Of a stretch of DNA of 64,000 bases, positions 28,964-38,556 are shown one piece after another (the stretch's first letter is position 1; every line of letters begins with the position of its first letter). The position numbers were made by a program, and so were the translations under genes. This stretch comes from Bacilli bacterium (GTDB taxonomy: Bacteria > Bacillota_I > Bacilli_A > RFN20 > CAG-826), in the NCBI GenBank assembly GCA_045628045.1, contig JAZQOV010000011.1:4912-68911 (forward strand), given 5' to 3'. The notes under the pieces are model-generated. The model was not told where the DNA came from and did not search any database. It saw nothing but the letters and a program-made list of their open reading frames with translations.

Positions 28964-31303
28964 ATGAAATTATTTAATAAAAAGAATTTAGGAAAAATTA
29001 TTACCGGTGTAGCATGCTTTGGCGTTGCTTTTACTGTTCTTTATTTAGTTGTTAACCCAAGAAAGGTCGAAAGTAACCTAAAACCTTCAGCTCCAGAGAT
29101 TCCTGTTACAGAAGATACATATTTTGATAAATTTGCAAATAAACTTATTGATAAATTCGCAAAATCTGAAGAACCTTTAAAATTTAAGGCCACACTTGAA
29201 AATTTAGCAGTTTCTTCTAAAGAAGACCCAACAAATGTTTATGCTTCTACTAAAGGTGAATTAGCTTTATCTATTGATGAAAATAAGAATATTGAATACA
29301 CAGTCGATTTAGATGTTTCTAGCGGCGGAAGTGATCTTCTTTTAGGATTTGGCTATGTTAATAAATATAGCTATTTCTCATTAGGCGATAAAGGATTTAA
29401 ACTTGCAGATACATCATTTGATGAAATAACCAATTTTGCTAAAGAAGTTTTTACCTCAGTTTTAGATCTTGATATTGGTGGTGTTTCACTAGATTTATCC
29501 GGTTTAATTTCAGGCATTGATATTGATTCATTACTTCCTCAAGAAGTTGTTGATGGTGATAATGTTAATTTTTTAATTAACAATGACACTATTAATCTTG
29601 AAATTAGTGCTAATAAAGAAACATTAGAACTTAAGAAAATTAATGTTAAGAGTTTAAATATTGAATCTATTTCTCTTTCTACACTAGTTTCAGTTGAAAA
29701 AATTGAAAAAGTTTGTCCATTTGATGATGGCTCATATAAAGGAAGACATATTTCTTTTGCAGAAGCAAAGGTTTTCTCAAATGTCATTTCTGGTTTTAAT
29801 AGACTTGCCGCTATTGGAGAAATGGGGATGAGCCTTAAAGCCTCAATTAGCAAAAGCGGAACAAAACTTATCGACATACAAAATAGTGTTAATTCCAAAT
29901 TAGATGACAATCATAATCCTGAAATTGATTTAGATATTTTTGCAACTATTGAAAAAAGCAAAGCTTATGCAGCTATTAATGCATGTTACTTTGATGGTTG
30001 CACATATGTAACCGTTCCTACCGAAAATGATAGTCTTAAATTAAAATATGCAGACGAAAAATTCACAAGCATTTATGAATTTATGATTGAGATTGTTTCT
30101 GGTTTAATTGGCGATGAATTAAGCGATATTTTTAGCCGTTCTAGCAGAGTTATGCGAACAATTAGCAAGGCAACAAGCGGAAATATACTTTCATTTGATA
30201 TTCTTTCATTTATTAATAACACCTTTGAGTATTTCGATTTTACAGAGAATAAATTAATTATTAATTTATCAGATGATGCAAATCCTGCTCAAATCGTTCT
30301 TACTTCTAAGGAAAATGAAAATACAATGAATGTTTCCTTTGAAAACTTTAATATTGAATCTTTAGTATTTGATTTGGACCTTGATATTGTAGATTTTGAC
30401 TCCAAAAACATAGAAAAAGTCAAAAAGGAAGCAAAACAATATGATGAATTTGATTTTGTTTTATTAAGATTCCTTTTAAGATCTCTTAACACCAAAACAT
30501 ATAGATTAACAACATCATTATCATTGTCTTTCCCGGCAGTATTTATCAATACACAAATTGTCCTTAAAACAGAACTTAGCATTTATGTGGACTATTCTTC
30601 AGGATATTTAAAGATATTTATTGAAACACACGATCAAATCTTCTGGCCTATCATTATGAGTTATGGAGTTAGCAATGTTAAAATTGGTTATGATGGAGAG
30701 ACGGGCCTTGTTCATATTTTAAATTTAGTACAAGAATTAGACCCATTTACAGGCTTTCCGTTTGGAGATATGTATAATCTCTATTATGTGACAGATCTCG
30801 ATAATTTCATCGATAATATTGCTGAATATCTTTTAAAAGATATATTGTACTTTATTCCAGATTTAGTTGATGAAATTCTTGGTTCGAGAAGAACCTCTCC
30901 TGTTTTATCAAGAGCTAGAGTTACATCTTCATACAATATTTATGAATCATTCTTATCCTTTACCCACACATATAATGAAAAAACTAAAGAAGATGTGATT
31001 TCCACAAAATTCGATTTATCAGCAATTTTAGGTATTTCTATATTTAAAGATCTTAATCTTACACTTTATGGTAAAAGAGAAAACGATGATTCTAATTTCA
31101 TTACAAGATACACACTTAGTACAAAATTGTTTAATATTATTACTCTTACTGCTGAAGCAGTAAATGACAATGAATCATCAGAACAAGATGAAAAGTGTGA
31201 TGCATTATTTAGTATTTACGCTAATTTATCTAGTGAAGAAAAAGCTTTATTTGATGAATCTTATCTAAATAACCCAGCAGTTGGTTGGAAGATACGTTTG
31301 TGA
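28964..31303 (+). CDS. hypothetical large membrane-anchored protein (779 aa)
   Basis: N-terminal TM IITGVACFGVAFTVLYLVV. Asp/Asn/Ser-rich extracellular region. The stop overlaps the next gene. Confidence 0.5.
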   Translation: MKLFNKKNLGKIITGVACFGVAFTVLYLVVNPRKVESNLKPSAPEIPVTEDTYFDKFANKLIDKFAKSEEPLKFKATLENLAVSSKEDPTNVYASTKGELALSIDENKNIEYTVDLDVSSGGSDLLLGFGYVNKYSYFSLGDKGFKLADTSFDEITNFAKEVFTSVLDLDIGGVSLDLSGLISGIDIDSLLPQEVVDGDNVNFLINNDTINLEISANKETLELKKINVKSLNIESISLSTLVSVEKIEKVCPFDDGSYKGRHISFAEAKVFSNVISGFNRLAAIGEMGMSLKASISKSGTKLIDIQNSVNSKLDDNHNPEIDLDIFATIEKSKAYAAINACYFDGCTYVTVPTENDSLKLKYADEKFTSIYEFMIEIVSGLIGDELSDIFSRSSRVMRTISKATSGNILSFDILSFINNTFEYFDFTENKLIINLSDDANPAQIVLTSKENENTMNVSFENFNIESLVFDLDLDIVDFDSKNIEKVKKEAKQYDEFDFVLLRFLLRSLNTKTYRLTTSLSLSFPAVFINTQIVLKTELSIYVDYSSGYLKIFIETHDQIFWPIIMSYGVSNVKIGYDGETGLVHILNLVQELDPFTGFPFGDMYNLYYVTDLDNFIDNIAEYLLKDILYFIPDLVDEILGSRRTSPVLSRARVTSSYNIYESFLSFTHTYNEKTKEDVISTKFDLSAILGISIFKDLNLTLYGKRENDDSNFITRYTLSTKLFNIITLTAEAVNDNESSEQDEKCDALFSIYANLSSEEKALFDESYLNNPAVGWKIRL

Positions 31304-32157
31304 AAATAAATACTAGAATTTCAAACCAAACTTTTGATCAAGAACGCTCTTTATACGGCGTAAAAAATGCAGAAGTTTTTTCGTGCAAATTTAGTGGTCC
31401 AAATGATGGCGAATCACCACTTAAAGAAACGTCAATCATAAACGTTCATGATTGTGAGTTTGACCTCCGCTATCCTTTGTGGCACTCAACAAATTTAATT
31501 TTAGAGAATTTAAGTTTTTCTAACTTATCAAGAGCTCCACTTTGGTATGACAAAAACGTTGTTATTAAGAACACAAATTCCCAATCTCCTAAAATTTTTA
31601 GAGAATGCGAAAACATTAAACTGGAAAATTGTAAATTAGAAAGCGAAGAGCCTTTTTGGAAATGTAGCAAAATCACCGGGAATTCCTGCATATTTTCAGG
31701 ATTTTATGGCTTTTTTGCGTGTAAAAATATTTCTCTTTTTGATGTAAAATTCTCGGGTAAATATTCATTTCAATATTGCAAAAATATAAGGATTTTTAAC
31801 TCTGAAATTGACACAAAGGATGCATTCTGGCATTCCAAAAATGTTTACGTAAAAGACTCAATAATTAAGGGTGAATATATCGGGTGGTATAGCTCCAATT
31901 TAACATTTGTAAATTGTATTATTGAATCACATCAACCATTTTGTTATTCTAATAACGTAACCTTTATCAATTGCAAGATGCCAAATTGCGATTTAGCGTT
32001 TGAAAAAACGTCAATCAAAGGTAATGTTACCGGGAAAATCAATTCTATTAAAAACCCAAGGAAAGCGAGCTTTAAAGTCGAAGAAATTGGGGAGTTGATT
32101 CAAGAGAAGAAAAATAGACATGTTCATATCAAAATTACAGGTGATGTGAATAAATAA
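31285..32157 (+). CDS. beta-helix repeat protein, DUF3737-like
   Basis: Repetitive ~22-aa units (W.S.N.....C.I / F...C.NI..F). The start is TTG at 31285, or GTG at 31300 overlapping the upstream TGA (GTGA coupling). Confidence 0.5.
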   Translation: MEDTFVKINTRISNQTFDQERSLYGVKNAEVFSCKFSGPNDGESPLKETSIINVHDCEFDLRYPLWHSTNLILENLSFSNLSRAPLWYDKNVVIKNTNSQSPKIFRECENIKLENCKLESEEPFWKCSKITGNSCIFSGFYGFFACKNISLFDVKFSGKYSFQYCKNIRIFNSEIDTKDAFWHSKNVYVKDSIIKGEYIGWYSSNLTFVNCIIESHQPFCYSNNVTFINCKMPNCDLAFEKTSIKGNVTGKINSIKNPRKASFKVEEIGELIQEKKNRHVHIKITGDVNK

Positions 32158-32169
32158 AAGGAGATACTT

Positions 32170-33891
32170 ATGGGAAAAACTTCAATTGAAAAACCATGGA
32201 TGCAGTTTTATAAAAATTTCGATGGTGATATAAGCTCAACAAATAAAACCATTTACAGATACTTGGTTGATGAAGTTGAAGATTACTTAGACTACACTGC
32301 AATAAACTACTTTGGTAAAAAATATTCATATAGACAAATGCTTTACGAAATTGATCGTTTGGCAGATTGTTTTACATATTTAGGTATTAAGAAAGGTGAA
32401 AAGGTCGTTTTTGTCACCGCAAACTTACCTGAAACACTTTTCTCATTCTATGCTCTTAATAAAATCGGTGCTGTTCCAGTTCTAGTTGAACCAAGAATGG
32501 CAAAAAGTAGAATTGAACACTTCATCGATATGGTGAAAGCTAAGACAATTATTCTTCTTGATATTGTTTATCCAAAAGTTGCTGACTTATTAGACAAGTA
32601 CGAAATTGAACACGTTATTGTCCAAAATGCCTCGCACGCGCTCCCGTTATATAAAAAGGTATTTAAATTAATACACGAAAGAATTTCAGGTCTTGGAACT
32701 GACAAACGTGCTATTAGATATTCAACATTCTATGACGATTATGCTAAACAAGATGCTAAAGAAGTTAAGTTCAAACAAGGCTCATTAGCAGTCGTAACTC
32801 AAACTGGTGGTACAACAGGTTCACCTAAAGGTGTTATGCTTACAAACGAGGGTTTAAATGCTGTTGCATTAAGCTTCAAGTTTACAGGCAATGATTGTGT
32901 TCCATCAGACCGCTTCTTAAACATTATGCCAATCTTTACTTCTTATGGTGTTGTTTGTGGTGTCCATATGGCATTTACCCAAAGGGTAGAAAACATATTA
33001 GTACCAAATTTTGCTCCAAAGAAGTTCCCAAAATTAATGCTTCAACATAAGCCTCATGCTGTTATCGCTGTTCCTGCATTCTATGAGATATTTATTAATG
33101 ATAAAAGAGCACAAAAAGCAGACTTATCAAATTTGAAGTTTGCGGTCTCTGGCGGTGATGTTCTTAACCCAACCTTAGAAGAAGAGTTAAATCTCTTCTT
33201 TAAGAACCATGGATGTAAGTATCATATTTGCCAAGGTTATGGCTTGTCTGAAACATCTGCTGTAACGGCATTTAACTGTGTTTATAGAGCGAAAAGTGAG
33301 GGTATCCCTCTATGTACCTCAACCATGGGTATTTTTGATCCTGATACAGGAGAAGAACTTGACTATGGTAAAAGAGGCGAAATTTGTATTACCGGTCCAT
33401 CAATTATGAATGGATATTATGATAATAAGGAAGAAACTGATAACGTGCTTAAAATGCATGATGATGGCCTTCTTTGGGTTCATAGTGGTGATAGAGGCTA
33501 TTTTGATAAAGATGGTTTCTTATTCTTTGAAGGTCGTTTCAAATTCGTTATTCCACGCTTTGACGGGCACAAGAATTTCCCTATTCAAATTGAGAGAGTC
33601 GTAAATTCTTACGAAGGTGTTGCAAATTGCTGTGTTGTTGCATGTAAAGACCTTGACCATTTACAAGGGATGTATCCTCTTGTAATTGTCGAGATGGATG
33701 ATAAAGAAATTCCTGAAGAAGAAGTGCGTGAAGGCATCCTTGCTTTGTGCAATGATAAACTCGAAGAAAGAGGGCAGCCTTGCGATGTTGTCGTTGTTGA
33801 TAAAATTCCACTTACTTTGGTGGGCAAAAACGACGTTACTTTGTTAAGAGAACAATATGAACATTATGATTATTATAATCATAAACTTTAA
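32170..33891 (+). CDS. AMP-dependent synthetase/ligase (acyl-CoA synthetase-like)
   Basis: AMP-binding motif TQTGGTTGSPKGVMLT. Second motif GYGLSETS. RBS AAAGGAG. Confidence 0.85.
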   Translation: MGKTSIEKPWMQFYKNFDGDISSTNKTIYRYLVDEVEDYLDYTAINYFGKKYSYRQMLYEIDRLADCFTYLGIKKGEKVVFVTANLPETLFSFYALNKIGAVPVLVEPRMAKSRIEHFIDMVKAKTIILLDIVYPKVADLLDKYEIEHVIVQNASHALPLYKKVFKLIHERISGLGTDKRAIRYSTFYDDYAKQDAKEVKFKQGSLAVVTQTGGTTGSPKGVMLTNEGLNAVALSFKFTGNDCVPSDRFLNIMPIFTSYGVVCGVHMAFTQRVENILVPNFAPKKFPKLMLQHKPHAVIAVPAFYEIFINDKRAQKADLSNLKFAVSGGDVLNPTLEEELNLFFKNHGCKYHICQGYGLSETSAVTAFNCVYRAKSEGIPLCTSTMGIFDPDTGEELDYGKRGEICITGPSIMNGYYDNKEETDNVLKMHDDGLLWVHSGDRGYFDKDGFLFFEGRFKFVIPRFDGHKNFPIQIERVVNSYEGVANCCVVACKDLDHLQGMYPLVIVEMDDKEIPEEEVREGILALCNDKLEERGQPCDVVVVDKIPLTLVGKNDVTLLREQYEHYDYYNHKL

Positions 33892-33921
33892 TACTTAATT
33901 CCAAAAATTACAAAAAAATTT

Positions 33922-33946
33922 CCTCGATGAATTCGGGGATTTTTTA
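33922..33946 (+). terminator. Rho-independent terminator
   Basis: CCTCG-atgaatt-CGGGG hairpin followed by a T-run. Confidence 0.45.
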
Positions 33947-34099
33947 TTTCAAAACGAGCAGCTATTGTCGGATCAATGTCTATAAGAACTTATAGTAAAT
34001 ATGTGAAAAATGTGTATGATTACCTATGGTAATAATTAGTATTGTATTAGATAAAATTTGGTAGTATAATTACTTTGTAAAAAATTTAGGAGGAACGAT

Positions 34100-37000
34100 A
34101 TGACTAAACTTTTTAAAAAGATTAAGTTGTTCTTGTTAGTCTCTGTCGCCGGCTTTATGGGCTTAGCTACTGCCGCTGGTGTCAAAGGCGCAAAAGCAGA
34201 CGCAGAACCAGAAACAAAGTTAGTTTCACTTGGTAGCACTGCTGCAACAGGCACAAACTTAACAGCAGGGGTTACCGAAGAAGCAGACGGTTTCCTTGTT
34301 GAGGTCGCAGATTCATATGCGGCAAAATACGCAACAAAGGTTGGCGCAAAACTCGTTAATCTTGCTGCAGATTCATTCAGACTTGAAGATATTTGCTTTG
34401 AGTTAGAAAACGAATCAGAGGATAGGTACTTTACAAAAGCCTTCCGTGCTGAAGGAGAAGCAAAGAGAAACAGCAAATTCGTTGCTGCTGCTACAGATGC
34501 TGGATTCAGTCTTGTAGGCTCAAGCGATAACATAAAACTTACCAGCTTCATGAAAGAAGAAATTAAATCTGCTAATTATGTTACCGTTGATGCAGGCTTC
34601 GGTGGTTATGCTGAATACTTAAAGTATGCAGTTAATAATTTAATCGAAGGCAATCAAAAGGTTGAAATTAACGGAATCATGGAATTATTGCTTCAACCAA
34701 TCAACAAGATTCTCGAAGAAGCAGTTAAATCAAACGAAGTTACTAAAGCAATCTTTGAAGTTGTTGATGAACTCATTGATGTTGATCTCGTTAAATTATT
34801 AAACGTTGGTGATGCAAAGAAGGCAGTCAGCGATTTTGTTAAACTTGTTAATGAAATGCTCGCTAGCTACTTCAATAGCATTGACACATTAACTTCAAAA
34901 ATTCGTTCACTTAACAAAGATGCAAAAATTATTGTTGTTGGCGCATCAAATCCAGTTAAAAACGGAAAAGTCAGAATTGGTGACAAGACTGTTAATGTTG
35001 GCAAATACATCGATGCAATTATCAAATTAGTTAATAACTATACTCAAATCACAACTAAGAATTCTGGTAGTTATTTCTTTGTCGATCCAGTTAAATTTGA
35101 CCTTGATACAGTCGAAGGACACGCATCAGTTGCAGAAGCAATTGACGCAGTCGTAACAGCTGGCAAATCAGCAAGAGCAGTCTTCATCGAAGATACTGTT
35201 GCTGCTATTAAGAAAGCTGTAACTGAACTTATTGATCATATTTTTGGTAAGAAAGTTTCTAAAGGCGCTATTACAAAAGGTGTCTTAAATGAAAGAAATG
35301 ATTTAACAGAATTTATTATGGAATTCTTTGATGGCGTTATCTATTCAGCCTTCCCAGGTATTGAACAAGAACACGTTGTCACAGAAATTGTTGATTTCTT
35401 TAGCGAAGATATATTCAGCAAAATCAACGCATTCGCTGTTGGTATTGTTGCAAAAGTAACAGATGAAATTATTCCTGCTGCTTTTGATCAAGTTATGACT
35501 GTTCTTAGCGGTGTTGCTTGCTATATCGAAAACGTTGTTATCGAAGCAATCAACTTTGTTGCAGCAATTCCAGCAAACATGGAAAACTGTGCAAGTGTCC
35601 AAATGATTATGGATTTCTATAATCAAACCTTCGAAACTAAAGTTAACGTCCTTGCTGATGTTCTTTCAAAAGCATTCATTGATTTAAGAGGACAAATTAC
35701 TGAAGGTGTTGGATTCTTATTTACTATTCCAGCTATTTTAACAGTTGAAATTCGTTCCGCTTTATTAGCAAAACTTGTAACTGTTTTTGTCTCACATCCA
35801 ATTGATTCATTAACAATTGCATATTACTTTAATAAACTCTTTGGAGATGATGCTTCAGCATTACTCGAAAAATTAGGTGCACTTAAAGATGGCAACGCAG
35901 TTGAACAACATATTTATAATATTTTGTTTGATGTTGATGCATTATTCAAAGGTGTTCCAGCAGATGTAGAAGGATTCTTTGCTCAATCAGATCTTCTCAT
36001 TGCAAAAATTGTCAGAGCTCTTGATGGAATCGTTGCAGAAATTCATTCAGAAGTTGCTCCAATGATTGCCGAAATCTTTGATACAGTTGTTGAAAATATT
36101 CAAAAGGTTATGCCACATGAATACTTATTAGTTTCAGAAATTGATGCTAATGAAAACATTCACTATTATGCAGAATGTCAAGATTGTGGCTTCCGCGTAG
36201 AAGTTTATCCAGAATATACTTGGAAAGTTCTCGAAGATGATTATGGAAATGGCGTTGGCATTGGTTGTGATGTTGAATTTACATTACCATCAGTTCGTGG
36301 CGAAGAACCAGTTGTCATCAAAGGCTATGCAGTTGGTGCTCCTAGAGAAATGTCTACTAATCCATTCTTAGAGATGGAAGTTGTTGAAATTCCAGAAATT
36401 GAATTTGGCGATTACGGTGTAGTCGTTGATCAAACTCCAGGTGTTGCTAAATTCACTGTTGAACATGTCTATTTCGAAGAAAATGATGAATATGTTGACG
36501 AAGTTTACTTCGATGAAGAACTTTGCTTAGATTTCGTTCTCGATCCTATTTGCTATTTCGATTCTGGATATTATTATCAATCTGTTGCAAAATTTGACGC
36601 ATACACTCTTCTTGGCGATGAATTGTGCTACATTGGTACAGTTAAATTTGAAGGAAAAGTTAATGCAGAAAGCCTTAAATTAGATCTTGAAAACAAGATT
36701 GCAACATTCGAGACCGTTTATGGAGTTGATGAATTAAGTAGCACATTCTCCTTAGCACATAGTTACGGATATACACCATACGTTAGCACTTATGAATTCG
36801 ACGATGAAACAGGTGTCTTAACAGCTATTGGTACAATTGTTACAGAAGGTGGCAAAAACTTCGATTATGAAGAAAGCGTTAGCTTTGCAGATGGCACACT
36901 TCATTTCTATGATGAAGATCAATATGATGAAGATGACAATCTAGTTTATGAAGAAGGTTTCACTGCTGAATTTGAAGTCTTCGGCACACAACAAATTTCA

Positions 37001-38488
37001 TATCACATGGAAGATGTTGAATATGTTTTCGACAAGAAAGAGGCCACATACACAGCAAGCGGATATGTCACATCTAACAACGTTGGTGATCAAATCCAAT
37101 TCTATGTAGAAGAAACCACTGATGCATATATTGCAAAGAAAACAACTCCAGCCGGATTCTGCATTTGCATGGACTTCGATTTCCCAGGATTCGCTGATTA
37201 TTGCAAATTATTACAAGTTTCAGGTATTCAATATCGTTGGGATATGGAAGAATTAAGCTGTTTAGCAACATTCTATGTTACTTCCCAAACTGATTCTGAT
37301 ATTAGTTTCATGTTCTATGAATATGCCACTGTTGAAGATTATAGTGGCGTTGAAGTTACTGCTGATGGTAGACTCTGTGCTGATTTCACTTTAGTTCCTG
37401 ATTCATATATGGGTGCAAATGTATCTGAAGTTTACACACGTATATATAATAAGGACGCAGGCACAGCTGTTGAACATTCAAACTACTATATTGATGGTGT
37501 TAAAGCTGGTGAAACAAATGTTGTTTACGAATTAGAAGGTGAAGCTTTAGTTCAACATTATATGGACGGATCATGGGCAGTTGGCTATGTTATTGCCGGA
37601 ACCGAATATGCTATACCATTCTATGATTTAGAAGTCGAAGAAATTCCTACATTTGTAAAAAATGAAAACGGCAATTTCGAAGCAACAATGAAATTCGTTG
37701 ATCCACTTGGACAACACTTTGAAGGCAAATATCTTTTACAAAATGCTATCTATGCTAATTCACAAATTGCAGAAGGCTCTTCAGTTGAATACACATTAAG
37801 TGAAGACGGATCAACATTCACAGCATCTGTCACCTTAGTTGATATATTCGACTTTACTTACATAGTTGAAGAAACAGTACCAGCAGTTAGTGAATATAAG
37901 ATTCTTCCAGACGGAACAACTGTCTTTACGTATAAAAACGCAGTAGACTTTACCTTAAAGAATTTATTCAAAGGTTGTTCTGAAGAAGTTAGAGTTTCAG
38001 GAACCCCACTTGCTGTATTTGCAGAAGGTGGTAAGGCATCTGTTAGTGGTGTTGGTGTTTCATTCAGCGAAGGTGCATTAGAATCATTAAGCGATTCTGC
38101 TGCATTAGTTGCTAATACAACAAAGACCGAAGATGGAACAATGCTTGATATTAAGATTGAAGATCTTGGTAGAGAAGTTGAATTTGATGGTGAATGTACA
38201 GTTACAGTCCCATTTGATGAAAAAGTTCCAACTGGTTGTGAAGTCAAAGTTTATTACCAAGGTGCTGATGGTGAAGTTGATATGGGTGCTGTCTATGATA
38301 AGACAACAGGTACTGTATCATTCAACACTACACACTTCTCACAATACCGTGTTGTTGTTGAAAGAGTCGGCTTAGGCTTATGGTGGATTTTAATCGGATT
38401 TGGCATTCTTCTTGCTGTTGCAGCAGTTTGCTACTTCGTTATTATTAGACCACGCACAAATAAGAAGGCTAAAAAAGGGAATAAATAA
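34100..38488 (+). CDS. giant secreted/anchored surface protein (1462 aa), hypothetical
   Basis: Signal peptide (LLVSVAGFMGLATAAGVKGAKA). C-terminal TM anchor followed by KKAKKGNK. The AGGAGG RBS is preceded by TTGGTAGTATAAT. Acidic Asp/Glu/Tyr-rich middle region. Confidence 0.7.
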   Translation: MTKLFKKIKLFLLVSVAGFMGLATAAGVKGAKADAEPETKLVSLGSTAATGTNLTAGVTEEADGFLVEVADSYAAKYATKVGAKLVNLAADSFRLEDICFELENESEDRYFTKAFRAEGEAKRNSKFVAAATDAGFSLVGSSDNIKLTSFMKEEIKSANYVTVDAGFGGYAEYLKYAVNNLIEGNQKVEINGIMELLLQPINKILEEAVKSNEVTKAIFEVVDELIDVDLVKLLNVGDAKKAVSDFVKLVNEMLASYFNSIDTLTSKIRSLNKDAKIIVVGASNPVKNGKVRIGDKTVNVGKYIDAIIKLVNNYTQITTKNSGSYFFVDPVKFDLDTVEGHASVAEAIDAVVTAGKSARAVFIEDTVAAIKKAVTELIDHIFGKKVSKGAITKGVLNERNDLTEFIMEFFDGVIYSAFPGIEQEHVVTEIVDFFSEDIFSKINAFAVGIVAKVTDEIIPAAFDQVMTVLSGVACYIENVVIEAINFVAAIPANMENCASVQMIMDFYNQTFETKVNVLADVLSKAFIDLRGQITEGVGFLFTIPAILTVEIRSALLAKLVTVFVSHPIDSLTIAYYFNKLFGDDASALLEKLGALKDGNAVEQHIYNILFDVDALFKGVPADVEGFFAQSDLLIAKIVRALDGIVAEIHSEVAPMIAEIFDTVVENIQKVMPHEYLLVSEIDANENIHYYAECQDCGFRVEVYPEYTWKVLEDDYGNGVGIGCDVEFTLPSVRGEEPVVIKGYAVGAPREMSTNPFLEMEVVEIPEIEFGDYGVVVDQTPGVAKFTVEHVYFEENDEYVDEVYFDEELCLDFVLDPICYFDSGYYYQSVAKFDAYTLLGDELCYIGTVKFEGKVNAESLKLDLENKIATFETVYGVDELSSTFSLAHSYGYTPYVSTYEFDDETGVLTAIGTIVTEGGKNFDYEESVSFADGTLHFYDEDQYDEDDNLVYEEGFTAEFEVFGTQQISYHMEDVEYVFDKKEATYTASGYVTSNNVGDQIQFYVEETTDAYIAKKTTPAGFCICMDFDFPGFADYCKLLQVSGIQYRWDMEELSCLATFYVTSQTDSDISFMFYEYATVEDYSGVEVTADGRLCADFTLVPDSYMGANVSEVYTRIYNKDAGTAVEHSNYYIDGVKAGETNVVYELEGEALVQHYMDGSWAVGYVIAGTEYAIPFYDLEVEEIPTFVKNENGNFEATMKFVDPLGQHFEGKYLLQNAIYANSQIAEGSSVEYTLSEDGSTFTASVTLVDIFDFTYIVEETVPAVSEYKILPDGTTVFTYKNAVDFTLKNLFKGCSEEVRVSGTPLAVFAEGGKASVSGVGVSFSEGALESLSDSAALVANTTKTEDGTMLDIKIEDLGREVEFDGECTVTVPFDEKVPTGCEVKVYYQGADGEVDMGAVYDKTTGTVSFNTTHFSQYRVVVERVGLGLWWILIGFGILLAVAAVCYFVIIRPRTNKKAKKGNK

Positions 38489-38556
38489 TATAAGAGGAAA
38501 AGGGTTACGATAGTTTGTCGTAACCCCTATCCCGTATATCGGAAAGGAATTAATAT

